A DNA stretch of 64,000 nt from Cirrosporium novae-zelandiae (taxonomy: Eukaryota): contig JAPETS010000001.1 of the NCBI GenBank assembly GCA_026023565.1, positions 620,001 through 684,000 of the forward strand, written 5' to 3'. The notes below the pieces were generated by a model that was given only the letters and a program-made list of their open reading frames with translations, was not told the DNA's origin and did no database searches. The translations under genes were made by a program, and so were the position numbers. Below are positions 1 to 14,050 of this stretch, piece after piece (position 1 is the stretch's first letter; every line of letters begins with the position of its first letter).

Positions 1-1252
1 ACCAAAGGGAAGGCCTTGATACCTCATCCGGCAGGACGAGTGAAATATGGAGCGTTGGTACAATTCATAAGAATGCTCCTATTCACAACGTGGTTTACGG
101 TAGTTTCCATCAGCATTCAAGCTACTCAGTGGCTTGGATCTTGGCTATACTTCGTTAACAAGGACTATTATTATGCTTACATGTCGTTAACAAAACAATT
201 CTATGGCTTGTTTATCACCTCCATCACGGAATGGTTTAGTCCAACTCTGATTCGAGTGAGCGGGGACAAGAGTATGAGGGGACAGCTTTTCAAGACAAAG
301 GATGGCAGACTCAGAACAGACTTTAATGAAAGGCTGATCATGATCGCGAACCATCAGATTTATACGGACTGGCTATATCTGTGGTGGATTGCTTATGCTA
401 ATAAAATGCATGGTCACATATACATCATTCTTAAAGAATCTCTGAAATGGATTCCCATTCTTGGCTGGGGGATGCAATTTTACAGCTTCATCTTCATGGC
501 TAGAAAATGGAACCACGACAAACCAAGAATACAGCACCGTTTAGGGAAACTGAAGGCTCAACATTCAGGCCCGATGTCCGGATCCCACTCGCTAGACCCC
601 ATGTGGCTCCTTATCTTTCCAGAAGGAACAAATCTTTCTCCAAATACTAGAAAGAAAAGTCAGTCATGGGCTGAGAAACAGGGGCTTGCCGATATGAAAC
701 ATCAACTATTGCCTCGAAGTACTGGCTTACAGTTCTGCTTACAGGAACTCCATGGAACTGTAGACTGGATTTACGATTGCACTATAGCTTATGAAGGCAC
801 ACCGTGAGTTAAAAATGAGTTCTATCAAATCACTACAGATGCTTACCAACCATAGCCAAGGTGGATTTGCTCAAGATTATTTCACATTACGTTCAACTTA
901 TTTTCAAGGCCGTCCACCGAAATCAGTCAACATGTATTGGCGTCGTTTCGCAATTGCCGATATTCCTGTGGATGACCATGATGCCTTTGACCTCTGGCTG
1001 AGAGAACGATGGGTAGAAAAGGATGCGCTTCTTGAACATTATGTTCAAAATGGTCGCTTTCCAGCTGATGAGGGTCATGATTCTGATGGCAAGGCTCTGG
1101 GCTCAAAGTCCAAGGTCATCAAGGGCGCAGGTTATATTGAGACCGAGGTAAAGTTATCGCATTGGTCTGAGACGGGTCAAATATTCGTAGTGCTTGGTGC
1201 ACTGGCGTTGCTCATAAATATCGGGACAAAGGTTTATAACTTTTTGATATGA
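1..1252 (+). CDS. Phospholipid acyltransferase (PlsC/AGPAT family, Cst26/Psi1/LCLAT1-like), 5'-partial; intron 804-855
   Basis: Motifs NHQIYTDW (HxxxxD), ILKESLKWIP, FPEGT and LLPRSTG. GTGAGT...CATAG intron (52 nt) joins ORFs 16..807 and 791..1252 in frame (EGTP|QGGFAQDYFTLR). Frame is open to the window start. Confidence 0.9.
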
Positions 1253-1824
1253 GATTCCATGGCGGGAAATGGTAGATACTAGGGTTTTAGATCCATACCG
1301 AGGCTTCCAACCTCAGATGTAGAGTTCATGATTGTGATCAGGAAAGAAGTCCGGATTATGAGGTACAGCACGCGGGAAAGTGTTAGCACGGGAGCGCAGG
1401 CAGTCTGGCGCAGATTAGGTGTGATTATGGATATTGCCTGGTCAGGCATTTATTATGCATGTGAATCATGCACGTGATATTTCATTGGAAAGTGAACTTT
1501 TGGTCTGTGTGGCTGGGGTTTTCTATTGTGGCTGGTTTATCGTGGCTTGCTTTCGGAAACGCTAAACCTTTTCCCATCACTATAACTTTTGAGTTGGATC
1601 TTCAATGCTTGTTAACATCCCATTCTACCTGAACCATCACCTCTACTTTTACCCACTCCAAACTTCATCTTTCTTTAATATTCGCTTAATACATGTTGCA
1701 TCGATGGCTCTGAATGAATGACTTTGCCGGCAATTTCATCATTCTCTTGACAAAGAATTGACTTACCTGCCGTCGCCTTTCAGATCATACCTTACCTTGG
1801 AGACCTCGAGCTCCAACCTCCACA

Positions 1825-4800
1825 ATGGCCGCAACACAAAACGGCTATCTCAATGGCAATTCGCAATCCCTTACACCAGAAATCACATCCGAAACTCCGC
1901 GATTCTCCGATATACCCTCTGCGATCGACATTCCCGTTGGTGGCACCGACACCGACGAAGCTGTTGAAATCGATCTCGAACAACTTCAAGATGACCCAAC
2001 CGAACTCTGTACAGTTCTCGAAAATGAAGGGGCAGCGAAACATCTATGGTTGCTATTTGCTCTAGCGTACGCGAAGCAGGGAAAGATTGATCATGCAATT
2101 GAAATCATTCAGAAGGGGCTGAGTGCAATGTCCAGAGCGTCGCCAAAGGAAAAGCTTGGTTTGCTTAGCTGTCTTTGCTGGATGTACCTGTGGAAGGCCA
2201 GAGAGGCTCCAAGGATGATACCAGAGGGCCAACTCGTCTCCGAAGCAAGGAATAAAGAATACTATCTACAAGCTGCAACCACCACACTTAACGAAGCCAC
2301 ACGCGCAAATCCCGCGTTCCCTCCTCTTTATCTTGCTCGCGGGGTACTATCCTTGTTACGCGCATCTCTACAACCACCTTCAAAGACGCTCACCCCCGGT
2401 ACTGCCGACGAAAGGATTGAAACTTTGCGACAAGCTCTCAAGTCTTTCAATGATGCTTTGAAGGTATCCGGTGGTAGAAATATGATGGCAGTACTTGGGA
2501 GAGCGAGAACACAGTTTTCTCTAGGAAACTATGCGGATGCCTTGGATGGCTACCAGGAAGTTTTAGCTAAGCTACCACGCTGGACGGATCCTGATCCTCG
2601 TATTGGCATTGGGTGCTGCCTCTGGCAACTTGGGTATAAGGACGAGGCCAAGGTTGCTTGGGAAAGAGCATTAGAAATGGTCAGTAGGACTTATATGAAT
2701 GCCGAGAATGCTGTATACTAACTAGGTTTAGGATCCTAACTCGAAGATTCCTATCATCTTGCTTAGTCTCTTTTATCTCCATGACAGCAACAGACATCCC
2801 CCGAATGACCCAATGTTTGCATCGACATACAAGAAAGCGATGACAGAGTACACACAAAAGGCTTACAAGCTGGATAAAGAACTCCCCCTTACATGTGCTA
2901 CATTTGGTCACTATTTTTTGCCTAGAAAGGCTTTTCCAACCGTCGAGACCCTTGCGCGCAAAGCAATTGAGTACACAGACGTCAATGCCATTGCAAGTGA
3001 TGGGTGGTACCTGCTCGCCCGCAAAGAGCATTATGAAGAGAACTTCTCTCGGGCCGCGGATTACTATAATCGAGCAGAGATGGCTAGAGGCGGGGCCGAG
3101 AAAGGCTATTTCCCTGCTAAATTCGGCATGGCTCAGATGCAAGTGAAGGTTGGGGACAGAGATGGGGCCAAGTATAGACTTGAAAAAATGATCCATCAGC
3201 AAAAGAGTCCGGAAGCAATGAGTTTACTCGGCACACTCTATGCTGAAGAAATATTTGCTGTCAGAACGAGTGGAAGCAAAGAGGATAAATCTACTGAACT
3301 AAAGAAAGCGATCGGTCTGTTGGAAACGGTGCGCATGCAATGGAAAGATCCAAAAAAGCATCTTTCACCTGACGAATCTCTCTTATTATGCCTTGCTCGA
3401 CTCTACGAGATCGACCAACCAGATAAGAGCATGCAATGTCTCCAACAAGTGGAACAGATGCAGCTAGATCAGATTAAGAAAGACATCCATCCAGAGGATT
3501 TAGAAGACGAGTCTACTGCGGAAGCGCTATTGAGGGAAAACCTCCTCCCACAATTACTTAACAACATTGCATGCTTCCAGTACCAGGCCGACAAGAACGA
3601 GATTGCGAGAGATTCTTTCCAAACTGCTCTCAACGCATGCATCAAGCTAGGAGAGAAGGACGAAGCTATGGATACCGATGCACTAGTCACTACAACCAGC
3701 TACAATCTCGCACGAACATATGAAGCAGCTGGGTTACTAGATGAAGCGAAGAAAGTATATGGCGGCTTGCTTGAAAGACATAGCGATTACACCGATGCCA
3801 ATGCAAGACTAACTTATATTGCTCTTCGACAAAGTCCTTCAGATGAAGGTCCCAAGTCACTGGCTAAGCTCTATGAGACTGAGTCGGCAGATCTCGAAGT
3901 GCGTGCCCTCTTTGGTTGGTATCTTAGTCGAGCTAAGAAACGGACACAAAACATTGCCGAAGATCAAGAACAACGGCATTACAAACATACTCTTCAGCAT
4001 TATGACAAGCACGACAGATACTCTTTGACCGGTATGGGAAATCTATATCTTACAACGGCTCGGGAGATGCGACGCGAAAGCGGCGAAGACAAGGAGAAAC
4101 GAAGAAAGACGTATGAACGAGCCGTGGAGTTTCTCGACAAGGCACTTCAGCTTGATTCGAAGAATGCGTATGCTGCTCAGGGTATCGGTATTGCTTTGGC
4201 AGATGATAAAAAGGACTTCCGTACCGCGTTGCAAGTTTTTACCCAAATCCGCGATACTTTAAGGGACTCTAGCGTGAACATTAACCTGGGCCATGTCTAC
4301 ACCGAACTCAAGCAGTGGTCCAGAGCTATCGAGAACGTAAGTGTATCATCTCTCAGCTCGCTAGACACAGCTAATTTGTTATGTCCAGTATGAAGCCGCC
4401 TTGGCCAAAGATCGTGCTGGCGACCCCAATGTCCTCGCCTGCCTTGGGCGTGTTTGGCTTCAACGCGGGAAGTCTGAACAACAAATTGACGCCATGAAAA
4501 ATGCCCTTGAATACTCTAATCGTGCCCTCGAACTTGCTCCTGAAGGCATCCACTTCAAGTTCAACGTTGCCTTTGTCCAAATCCAGCTCGCCCAGCTCAT
4601 TTACACTCTTCCCGAGGCTAAGCGCACTCTCGGTGAAGTTCAAGATGCCGCCAAAGGATTGGAGCAGGCTATTGAGAGCTTCCTTGAAATCGCCCAGAGC
4701 CCCAATCCTCCATACCATAAACACGATCTCGAGCAGAGAGCTAATATGGGTAGAAATACGATGAGGAAGCAGCTAGACCGTGCTATCCAGGCTCAGAAGG

Positions 4801-5693
4801 AATATGAGCAAAAGAACGCAGATAAATTGCAAGCTGCACGCCAGGCCCGGGAAGCAGAGATGCAGAAACGGGAGGAAGCGAGAAAAAGGAAGGAAGAAAA
4901 GGAGTTGGAGCACAAGAAAAAGCTCAAGGAGGAGCGACAAGTAGATCTTGAGAAAGCCCGACAAGTGGCCGAGAAGGTCAGAGAAGAAGAGAAGGCCAAG
5001 GACGAAGCCGAGTGGTCCATGGATGACGAGACGGGCGAAAAGGTCAAGAAGGCCCGAAAGCGAAAAGGAGCTTCTGGTGGCAAACGAAAGAAGAAGGGGG
5101 ATGAATCTGACGTTGAAGGCTCGATTGGTCGGTCAACGAGGGAAAACACCGCACTAGCTACCGATGAAGAAGATTCAAGGCCTGCGCCCAAGAAGAAGAG
5201 AAGACTTGAACGAAAAGTCAAATCTACAGGGAAGCAATACAAGAGCCAAGAAATTATCGTTGATAGCGATGAAGAGGATGAAGATTCCGGGGTGCAACCT
5301 ACGTCACAGGCTAGTCCACAAGCGAATGGGAATGGTCGTGCTCAATCTGCTGCCGGTGACGATGGAGATACCCCAATGCGGGATGTTGAAGACGAAAGAG
5401 GCGAAGATGTAGTTCGCCGCGATAGAAAGAAGAATTATGTATTGGATGATGATGATGATGAAGACGAGGACGAAGACGAAGGATCGGCTCCACCCACAAA
5501 ACCTACGGAAATTGAGGAAGATGGTTCACATTCTAGCAACGACAAAACCAATGGCACTGCTGACAACAGTGACCATGAACTTGATGCCGCCGCAGCAAAG
5601 GATGCCGCAGATGCCGTAATGGATGATGCGCCGTCAACCCCAGCCGCTGATGAGAGCGCTGCTGCAATTGGTGACCAGAACGGCGGTACTTAG
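1825..5693 (+). CDS. CTR9: Paf1 complex TPR subunit Ctr9; introns 2680-2731 and 4337-4388
   Basis: N-terminal IDIPV...EIDLEQL, many TPRs, DPDPRIGIGCC and KNAYAAQGIGIALA motifs, Lys/acidic low-complexity tail. Two 52-nt GT-AG introns with TACTAAC/GCTAAT branch points join three ORFs. Confidence 0.95.
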
Positions 5694-6855
5694 TTTCAAT
5701 CCTTCTCCCGATGTCATTTAATTCCTTGAAGCGTGCAGTTCTTTCCGGACCTCTCACTAGAAGGCAAATATCTCAGAATTGGCATCAGCTTACTTCCTCT
5801 TTCAGCCAACCTCTGGTTTTCCGATGGCGTTTCTTGCTGCATTGTGCAGGAATCTTAAACCTCTTAATGGGAAAAAATTTATGTGCAATGCAGTTACAGC
5901 TGAGCCATACAGAAGAAATTTTTATGCTGTGTTGCGGGATATGCAGGAACGGAATAACATCCTTGCAATATATTCCTTCGTTGGGGGAAAAGAAATGGCG
6001 AAACCCGATGCAGCTGAGATTTTGCCCGGTATAGGTGGAACATATGCACTTACATGCATGTGCCTTGTAGGATCCTCGGAAATTTAGTCCCAAGAACTTC
6101 CGACCATGTGTGTGCGTGGCATTTGTTGGTATCAGATATCAACTTCTACGCATCATGGATATTTTCCTGGGTTCTTCGAGCTGTCTCGGTGGGGCTATTC
6201 TTCTTCCTCTTTTTCCTTTCTTGTTCCAATAAGGTTTTTACTTGATCCATTGATTAATCGTTTTAGGCTGGAAATGGGGGGAAGGGGGGGGAGGGGATAA
6301 ATTTGGAAACCTACACAGGGAGCGAAAGGAGCGAAGGGGGAAGGACTCGATTTTTTTTTCATTACTGCATGCATGCGCAGGGGAGTATTGGGATCAGACA
6401 TCAATTATCAATCATCAATCATCTTCATTATCAATCGGGAGGGATAGATCCAGCAGTTCACAGATCCAACAGATTCTTATTTACCCACTTCTTACAAAAA
6501 AGTTGTTTTAAAAATAAAAAAGCTCCGAACTGGAAGCAATCAATGTGTTATTAGGAACAAAACATGGATAGAAAGATAAAGTTAATAATAAAAAAATGAA
6601 AAAAAAAAAATCTTAGACTAAAGGGTTCTCTTTTTTGGGGGGGGGGGGGTCGTGGCGTGTGGAGTGTGGTCGGTCAATCGCGTTCTATGTATGTATGTAT
6701 GTATCTAAATCCCCTTATGAGCTATGGGAATGAGAATGATGAGAATATGGTTGATGATACATACACGTATGGACGTATAGGATTGATGGATTGATGGATG
6801 GTGTTATGTGTATATACATATATGAGTAAGAGTATATTATTTCTCCATCTCCTTT

Positions 6856-6886
6856 GGACTCTGGACTCTGGACTCTGGACTCTGGA
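6856..6886. repeat. (GGACTCT)x4 tandem repeat in a microsatellite-rich AT-rich spacer (6.2-8.2 kb)
   Basis: Read directly; neighbouring (TATG)n, (GACTA)n, (CATC)n and poly-G/poly-A tracts. Confidence 0.9.
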
Positions 6887-9800
6887 TTGGACTAGACTAG
6901 ACTAGACCTTTATATATTATAGTAAAGATGTTATGATATATCTATGTATATATGGTCACAACTTCAAAAAAAAAAATCTCCTCAAACTAAAACCGAACCC
7001 CCCCTCTCTCTCTCTCTCAATTGAATTGAATTTAGGGCCCAGGGAATTAAAGAATAAGGAACAAGGAAATGAAATGAAATGTTAGTGGGGGGGGGGGGTT
7101 CGTCGTTATAATATTATACATTAATAATAAAATCCGTACGGTGATATATACCTATCTAGAAACTGATGGAATAAAACTTCCCCTTTCCCCCCCCCCTCCC
7201 CTCCCCTACGTCCTTTTTTTTTCTCTCTTCGCTCCCCGCACTTTCTTTCTATTCCTTCCTTCCTTTCCATTAAACCCTAATCATAATCCACAATCATAAT
7301 AACAATTGTAATAATAATGAATCATAAACTACCCCCCTAAATATATATATTAAAATCTTATATAATTACTACTGTCTTTAATCCATTCATCTACATAATA
7401 TTGTACGTTTGGTTATGTCGTAGTAATAGTAATTATAATTATGATTACTAAGCTCCAGCTCCCAGTTCCAGCCAGTTGGAAAAGTACAATAATTACCTAA
7501 TTAGATGATTTAATTAATCCCCAAGCTCGAGTTCGAGTTCGAGTTCTTTCTCTTAGGTATTGAAAATATATACCCATATAACCATGTACACCATAAACAC
7601 ACCACACCATCCACCCATCCATCCATCCATCCATTCATCCATCCATCCGTCCGTCCTTCATAGGAACAACAACTTTTACAAGCCTTTTTACAATAGGGAA
7701 TATTATTATAATACGAAAACATGAAACTAACCAACAAAGTGGATGCTGAAAGTTTCAAGTACGTGGGGAAGTTTTTTTGGGGGGATTGGGAATAATACAA
7801 AATAGGTAGGGGAGGAGGAGGAGAGGAGGAGAGGGCTTGACCCTGGTTGGATTATTGATAAGGGAAGGGGATGTGTGTAGATGGATATAATCTTTATGGA
7901 TGATGGTGGTGGAGGTGGTGCTGCTGCTACTACTACTACTACTCTGGTAGCTAAAAACTCTCCTCTGCCACAAAAGGTTCAGAAAAAAAAGAAGAACGAA
8001 AAGGAAGCTTTTTTGCGTTGGCGGCCTTGGGCCAAGCCAGAGAAAATCAAACAAACCAAACAAGTGCACAAGTACACAAGTACACAAGTACACAAGTACA
8101 CATATACATTAAACAAAACCTTTTGGCTTTTTTTTCTGATGGGAATCTTTTCTCTTACCTCTACTGAAATCTTGAAATTCGAATCCCTTTCTTAAAAAAG
8201 GGATCCCCCTCGTGGTGACGGGCGGACAGGAGGAAGGACAGTGAGTGAGTAGCTCATAACGAATTTAGTTAGTGCCATGCGAGTGATTGGGAGAGTTCTG
8301 ATGGAAAGTTAGGTTTCTTTACCTTAGGTTTTGTGGGATTTTTGACAGCCACTGGTTAATCTTGTTTTTGGGTTGGGGTTGTGAGATCTGCGATTTCTGA
8401 GCTTGTTTGGTTTTTTTGGGAGGAAGGAGGGCGAAGGGAGGGATGACTTTTGTTTGGTTTGTTGGTTTTGGTGATGTGATGTGATGAATTCGATATGTAG
8501 TTGGAGGGGTGGGTTTTGATATTTCCTTCGTTACTGCTGTGTTGCTGCTACTGAGCCGAGGGTCATTGAAGGCAAAATCCCCATTTCAAAAGTCCGGCTT
8601 GTTAGGTTCAAAGTGGCTAAATAAGTAAAACTTGATACTTGCACGTTCTTCAGCCCTTTTTCCCGTACATTTGAATGGAATATTCCATACATGTTTATAT
8701 TTCTTCTTCTAGTTCAATTGAGTTCGAAACAAAACAACGAACAATGGGTTGAAATTTGAGTTAGCCGGGTGACTGGGGTGAGGGGAGACAAGACCTGGAG
8801 ACACCCATGAAGAAAAGAGTACTACAGTAGTAGAACTCTGACAACTATAGTGGTAGACTCTGACACACTGTAGATACACAGGCCTTCTCCTTCATGCGTT
8901 GGACAGGTGGTGGCCTGGGCCTGGTTAACTAATGCCTTCTCTGCGCTACAGAAAGAAATAATCTGCTCAAAGTACCCGATCGAAGGAAATCTAGGGCTTA
9001 AATATCAAATCTCCGGGATCAATGCATGGAATTTCTTAGAGTGTAGCTATGGGCACACAATGACAAGTCCTCTGAAAAGTATTCTTGTTGTTATTTTTGT
9101 CCACCAATCTGGGTGGGTCAAGTAGGTTTATACCTTGTTGGTGTAATCTTACCTCCTTCAAAGCCTGTCAGATTTGATGGGACAACCCTCCCCGACGGTT
9201 TAGTGGTCTTCTCTCAAAGATACTTAGGTAGTGAATTCAAGCCCTCGGAAATATTTGACTGAAGATTGTCTCTTATTGAGCAAAAGGTTGAAATATACTT
9301 CATAGGTGAAAGCTCACGGCATTGTTGACCTCTCCTTCCGGCGTAAGTAGACCCGAGTCCTGCCGAGCCATTTTTGGAACATGGAGTTGATAGGGTTGTG
9401 CCTTGCATCAGTGGCTGAAAGCAACCTCTTGCCGTTTGCAGGTTAGATATCGAATTCAAAGTTGATCGTTTGGATAGCTATCAACCATGAAAGATTAGTT
9501 CTGGAGAAGGGGAGGAAACTATAGTTAGCACCTCCGGAGAGACCAATGGATGGCACAATTAGATCTGGTCACAGTCATGTCAGTTCTGTCGTGAAGCGTT
9601 GGACAATGCCCGATCAATTTCTCATGTGTCATCAACAACGAATGAGCATCATCATTCCGGTGAAGTTGTTTGGTCTTCTTGGATAGATCTTCAGGACCGT
9701 CAGGGGATTCAAAAATAAACTGAACATCTGGCTCGTGCACTTCACCGAGACGAATCTGAACTTGGGTTCCAACATGGAAGGATTTGCAAAGTATCTATAC

Positions 9801-10777
9801 GAAATTCAAAACTTTGAAATACGTGCCCAATCAAGAACTAGATACTGCACGATTCGTTATCGTTATTTGACCGAGTCACATCAACAACAGTCAACATGGT
9901 CCATGGTCCATGGTCCAAAACATGATAGATCAACCCTCGAAATTCAGAATAAATTTTCATCACAGAAGAAAAAAAAAGAAAAAAGAAAAAGATCGGAGAG
10001 CTCCGTTGAAGGATGTGTTTGGATGTTTAGAAACAAGTAACTAAGCATTAGAAAGCATTGATTCGATTAACCGATGGTACCCCAGATAACAACATCTTGG
10101 AAAGGCAGTCCAATGTCCATCAACAAAAACAGCCCAGACTGAAGGTCTGGAACCACAAGAGTCAAGAAACGAATACCAGTCAAGGCAATTTTAAATGGTT
10201 CGAGAAATCTCCATTGTGCGTACGCAATTGCCGATATAGGTTGTTCATACTATTACAAAATATTAATCAAGAAAAATAAGACGGAAGGTTAACGGATATC
10301 TTGAAGGGTTGGTTGGTCGTGGGAATTGATCGTTATTCCCTGCAAACAATATACTGCTCCATCGTTCCAAGATGTTGGACTGTTGGAAGATGGGTTGGCT
10401 TCCAATTGATCTATTTAGCATCTGCGACTGAGATATTTCTCTCCAACCATCAAAATCATCCATGACAGTGGAATTTTAGTGGTCCTTCAGTGTCATGTTT
10501 GTTTCGGGACTTTATCGGGACTAGATGGCCGACTTTTTTCCAGGTTGAAATTTGAATTTAAGAAAATCAACCCATGATCCAAGTCAGCCAAGTAGAGTAG
10601 CATCACCATCGGTAAACCGAGGCTTGTAAAATCTGCATCGTCTCATGTTATCAACACATAGCACACGCCACATGGTGAAACTACAAGGTTATTTGAGCAA
10701 TTGTTTCATCAATGAAACAACATAGATCTAGGAATCTAAAACTATTTCCCATCTTTCTTATTTTCTATTTTCGTTTC

Positions 10778-11110
10778 TGTAGTCCTCTAGTCAGTGGCTG
10801 GAGTCGTCTGTCTTGCCGTGTTCATGACTACAACTAGATTTCTTGAGCGAGAAACCATTTGCTGAAGGAAAGGCATCTTTTTTGCCAGTGGCAGCCATCC
10901 CGCGGCCGCTTATGCACTGTGATGAACCCGCAACAACGGTGATGCCTGCCACTGGTTTTCATCTGGGTTTATCATCCTTCCCTTCCCGCTGCCGCGCGAG
11001 CGGCACATCGGGCATACGCACAATAATGGAGTTGCCAAAATACCCAGGCTTTTATCCATTGCAGCGGAAAGTAAGTTCTGTGGTCACCTTCCCACGAGAT
11101 AACAACTGCA
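10778..11110. ncRNA. Candidate structured non-coding RNA element (class and strand unresolved)
   Basis: Perfect 10-bp stem 10885-10894/10946-10955, purine/pyrimidine stem 10864-10873/10976-10985, hairpin TGCCGC-GCGA-GCGGCA 10990-11005, further stems. GC-rich island with no credible ORF. Confidence 0.4.
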
Positions 11111-12940
11111 GATGAGGCTACCAAATTAATCGACAAACCAGGAGAGATATAGAGATAAACAGCAAGCTTCCTCTTGTAGTATTCGACTCAATCTATCATC
11201 TCCCATATCTCTTAGTTTAGTTCTGGGGAAACATGTCCAAGGGTCTGTCCACCATTAAATCTCTAGATCCTTGCGATTCTTGGTCATGTAACCGTCATAT
11301 CTGATGTAAAGATGCTGTCAAACAGTCAATCCTTGACTTATTGTTCGAGTGTCGGGACTCATGCGCCTTACCGCACGTGCAATAATTCCATGCAGATGTC
11401 CAAGCGATTCCGGAGACGTGGACTCGTGATTGACGAATCTCAATGAATATCTATCTCTAGAAGCCACTGAACCAGATGCAGGAATATACATTCTGTCGTG
11501 CACACTGACTGCTGTGCTCACCGAGAGACGCAGATCCCGGTTTCACATTCCCCTTTGGGGTAATAAAAAAAGAACGAGTCTTAAAGAAAACATGTAATCG
11601 GACAATAACCGGAAACGAGACGTTAAAAAGTTAGAAAAACATTTTTCTTAATGGGTTGAAACTTTGAGAGTAAGAGTCGCGGATAATAATATATCGGTAG
11701 TTTTTAGATCAGTTATGGTGTCTCAAGGTGTTAGATGGGTGGATGATCGACGACAGAGGCGTAGTAACCTTTCTTAAACCATGAGGTGGTGACTGAGACA
11801 TACAGAAGTGGAACGCAAGACTAGATCAGATCAATTGGTAATCCCAAGCCTCGGAATCGGAAATCGGAATTCTCCCCCCCCAGTATCCGGTCCTCCAAGG
11901 TTGATACTTCAAAGCTGCAGGACATACTGACAACAACTTCAGCTTATGAGACATGAGACGTTGGTGGCCACATGTTGGATACAGTTGCTGAAAATATAAG
12001 TCTATCAAGCTTTGTCAGTGTGCTGTGAAACTCTGAGCGATAATATGCTTCTTTTTAGATAATAGCGAGGTTTAGAGGAAGCGTGGATCAGGCTGTCTCA
12101 AGTTCATGGGGAGACCCCTTCAAAGAAAAGATGCTATGACCTCCATCACGATAACGAGAAGCGGGATCGACAACGACCATTAGTAAATGAAATGTGTTTG
12201 TTTCTTGAATGGGAGACAAGAAACGGTCAGTTGAATCCTATCAGTTTTTAGTTGATCCTATTCGAAGAAATTCATCCTTGATCAACTAGAGATTCCGAGC
12301 TATAGGTTGGGAAGTTTGACGAGTGAAGCCTCTCACAAGGTCTTTCTTTTCCACAAGAATCAGATATTGAATCTTGAGCATCTCTGATTGTGAATGGTGA
12401 TACAAATAACGAGAAGCTGGGGGGGGGGGGTTGTTCAAGGCAGGTTATATTGATTATAGATATTGATTTCAAGGTCACAAATGCAACCCAATCTGGAATT
12501 TGAGATTTGGCAGATTGGCAATATTGACATGCAGGGGGGGGGTTACGTATTCGTCATCTTCTGACATTTCTGGCTCACGGGGAGAACGAGCCATGGATAG
12601 TCATGGATAAGTCAAAAGTTTTTTTTTTTTTTATTTTTTTTTTTTTACATGTTTAGAGCTCTTGCCTAGATTGAGTAATTTGTGGGAAAGGTAGGAAATG
12701 GGAAATGTGGGAAATGTGGGATGATGACTAGTGGGATTTGGTTCTACTCGAGTACTAACTCTCGCGAACGTCTGGATTCCTGGTTGATAGGCAGGAACAA
12801 CATTACTCGAAGGCACAATAGGCATTCGGCGACGGTTTACTTTTGAAGTTAGGGGACCAGGGGGGGATTAACCCAAGTATAACAGGGATCATGGGCTTGA
12901 GAGGAAATTTGCAGGGGTCCAGCCACCAATGTCAGTTAAT

Positions 12941-12985
12941 GGAAGATGTGGAAGATGTGGAAGATGTGGAAGATGTGGAAGATGT
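12941..12985. repeat. (GGAAGATGT)x5 minisatellite
   Basis: Read directly. Confidence 0.95.
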
Positions 12986-13983
12986 ACAAGAAATGTAATT
13001 TGAAGAATTTGAGCTTCAATTTTACCAAACCAGTCAATATCCCAACATCCACATCCTAATATCCCAATGCCTAATATCCAATATTCAAATTCCCAGATTC
13101 TTAACGTCCAATCTTGCTTTTTCTCTACTTCCTTTTTACTCCCCCCCCCCCTACCTCTTACCAATCCTACTTCTATTTTTTCTCTCTTTCTCGTGGACTT
13201 GCATTACGGTGTGACCAAAATGATATTGTTGCCTCATTGAGGTTGTCGATCGAGCATCTACCTCTGCAACACCATGGCTTGAGAAAGTTGCAGGCATATC
13301 CCCAGCCCTTCAAGCCTCACAAAGGTCACCAAGTTCAGGTACCACCAAAAAAGTGTTTTAGACCATCTCTAGAGTAGTTAATTAGGTAGGTAGTCATTAT
13401 CCTAAACAATCTGGTACACGAATTCCTCATTTTATCCTGCTTTAGTTGCTTAGCTTACAATACTTGACAGGCCAGAGTAACTCGAATAGTATAGACAAGC
13501 CTCATCAAAAAAATTAAAGAATGAAAGAAAGAGAAAAAAAAAAATCTCATCTTAGGTTCCGATTGGCTTTCTTTTTCATTTTGATAACCCTATTCTCATG
13601 AATTCCCCTTGGCACAGTTCACGGGGTCTCTGATAAAAACTCCCTTCGTCTTCATCTTTCAATAGGGGGGTATCCATGTCATCCATGTCATCCATGTTAT
13701 CCATGTCATTCCATGTCAAGTTCAAGTCAATGACGGGTTCAACTGCCATAAAAGCCAAATCAACTAAACCAATTCTAGAACAAAGCCAAATTTACACAGG
13801 GTTACTAAGGTTTACTAACGTTACTAGCCTTTATTAGCGTTAATTAGCTTTAATTAGCTGATCTAGCTCCCCTAAGCTCCCCCCCCCCCCCACCACCACC
13901 ACCACCACCCCTAGTTTAGTCCCTAAAAGATGCCCACCATACGCCCACCTGCCCTAACGAAATTGCGCTATTCATGGCACCAA

Positions 13984-14050
13984 AACTTGGGTCTAACTTG
14001 GGTCTAACTTGGGTCTAACTTGGGTCTAACTTGAGGTCTAACCTGGGTCT
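13984..14050. repeat. (AACTTGGGTCT) 11-bp tandem repeat, 4 perfect + 2 variant units
   Basis: Read directly. Confidence 0.95.

Noticed and set aside
5711..6093. Three overlapping ~100-aa ORFs just after CTR9
   Set aside because: No recognisable domain, weak or non-ATG starts; probably 3'UTR.
10836..10860. AAACCAT matching the snR30/U17 m2 motif
   Set aside because: No proper m1 (AUAUUCCUA) and no ACA box at the expected distance.
12846..12856. GTTAGGG as a possible telomerase template (minus strand) for the 10.8-11.1 kb structure
   Set aside because: Only 7 nt match the TTAGGG register; too short for a 1.5-repeat template.
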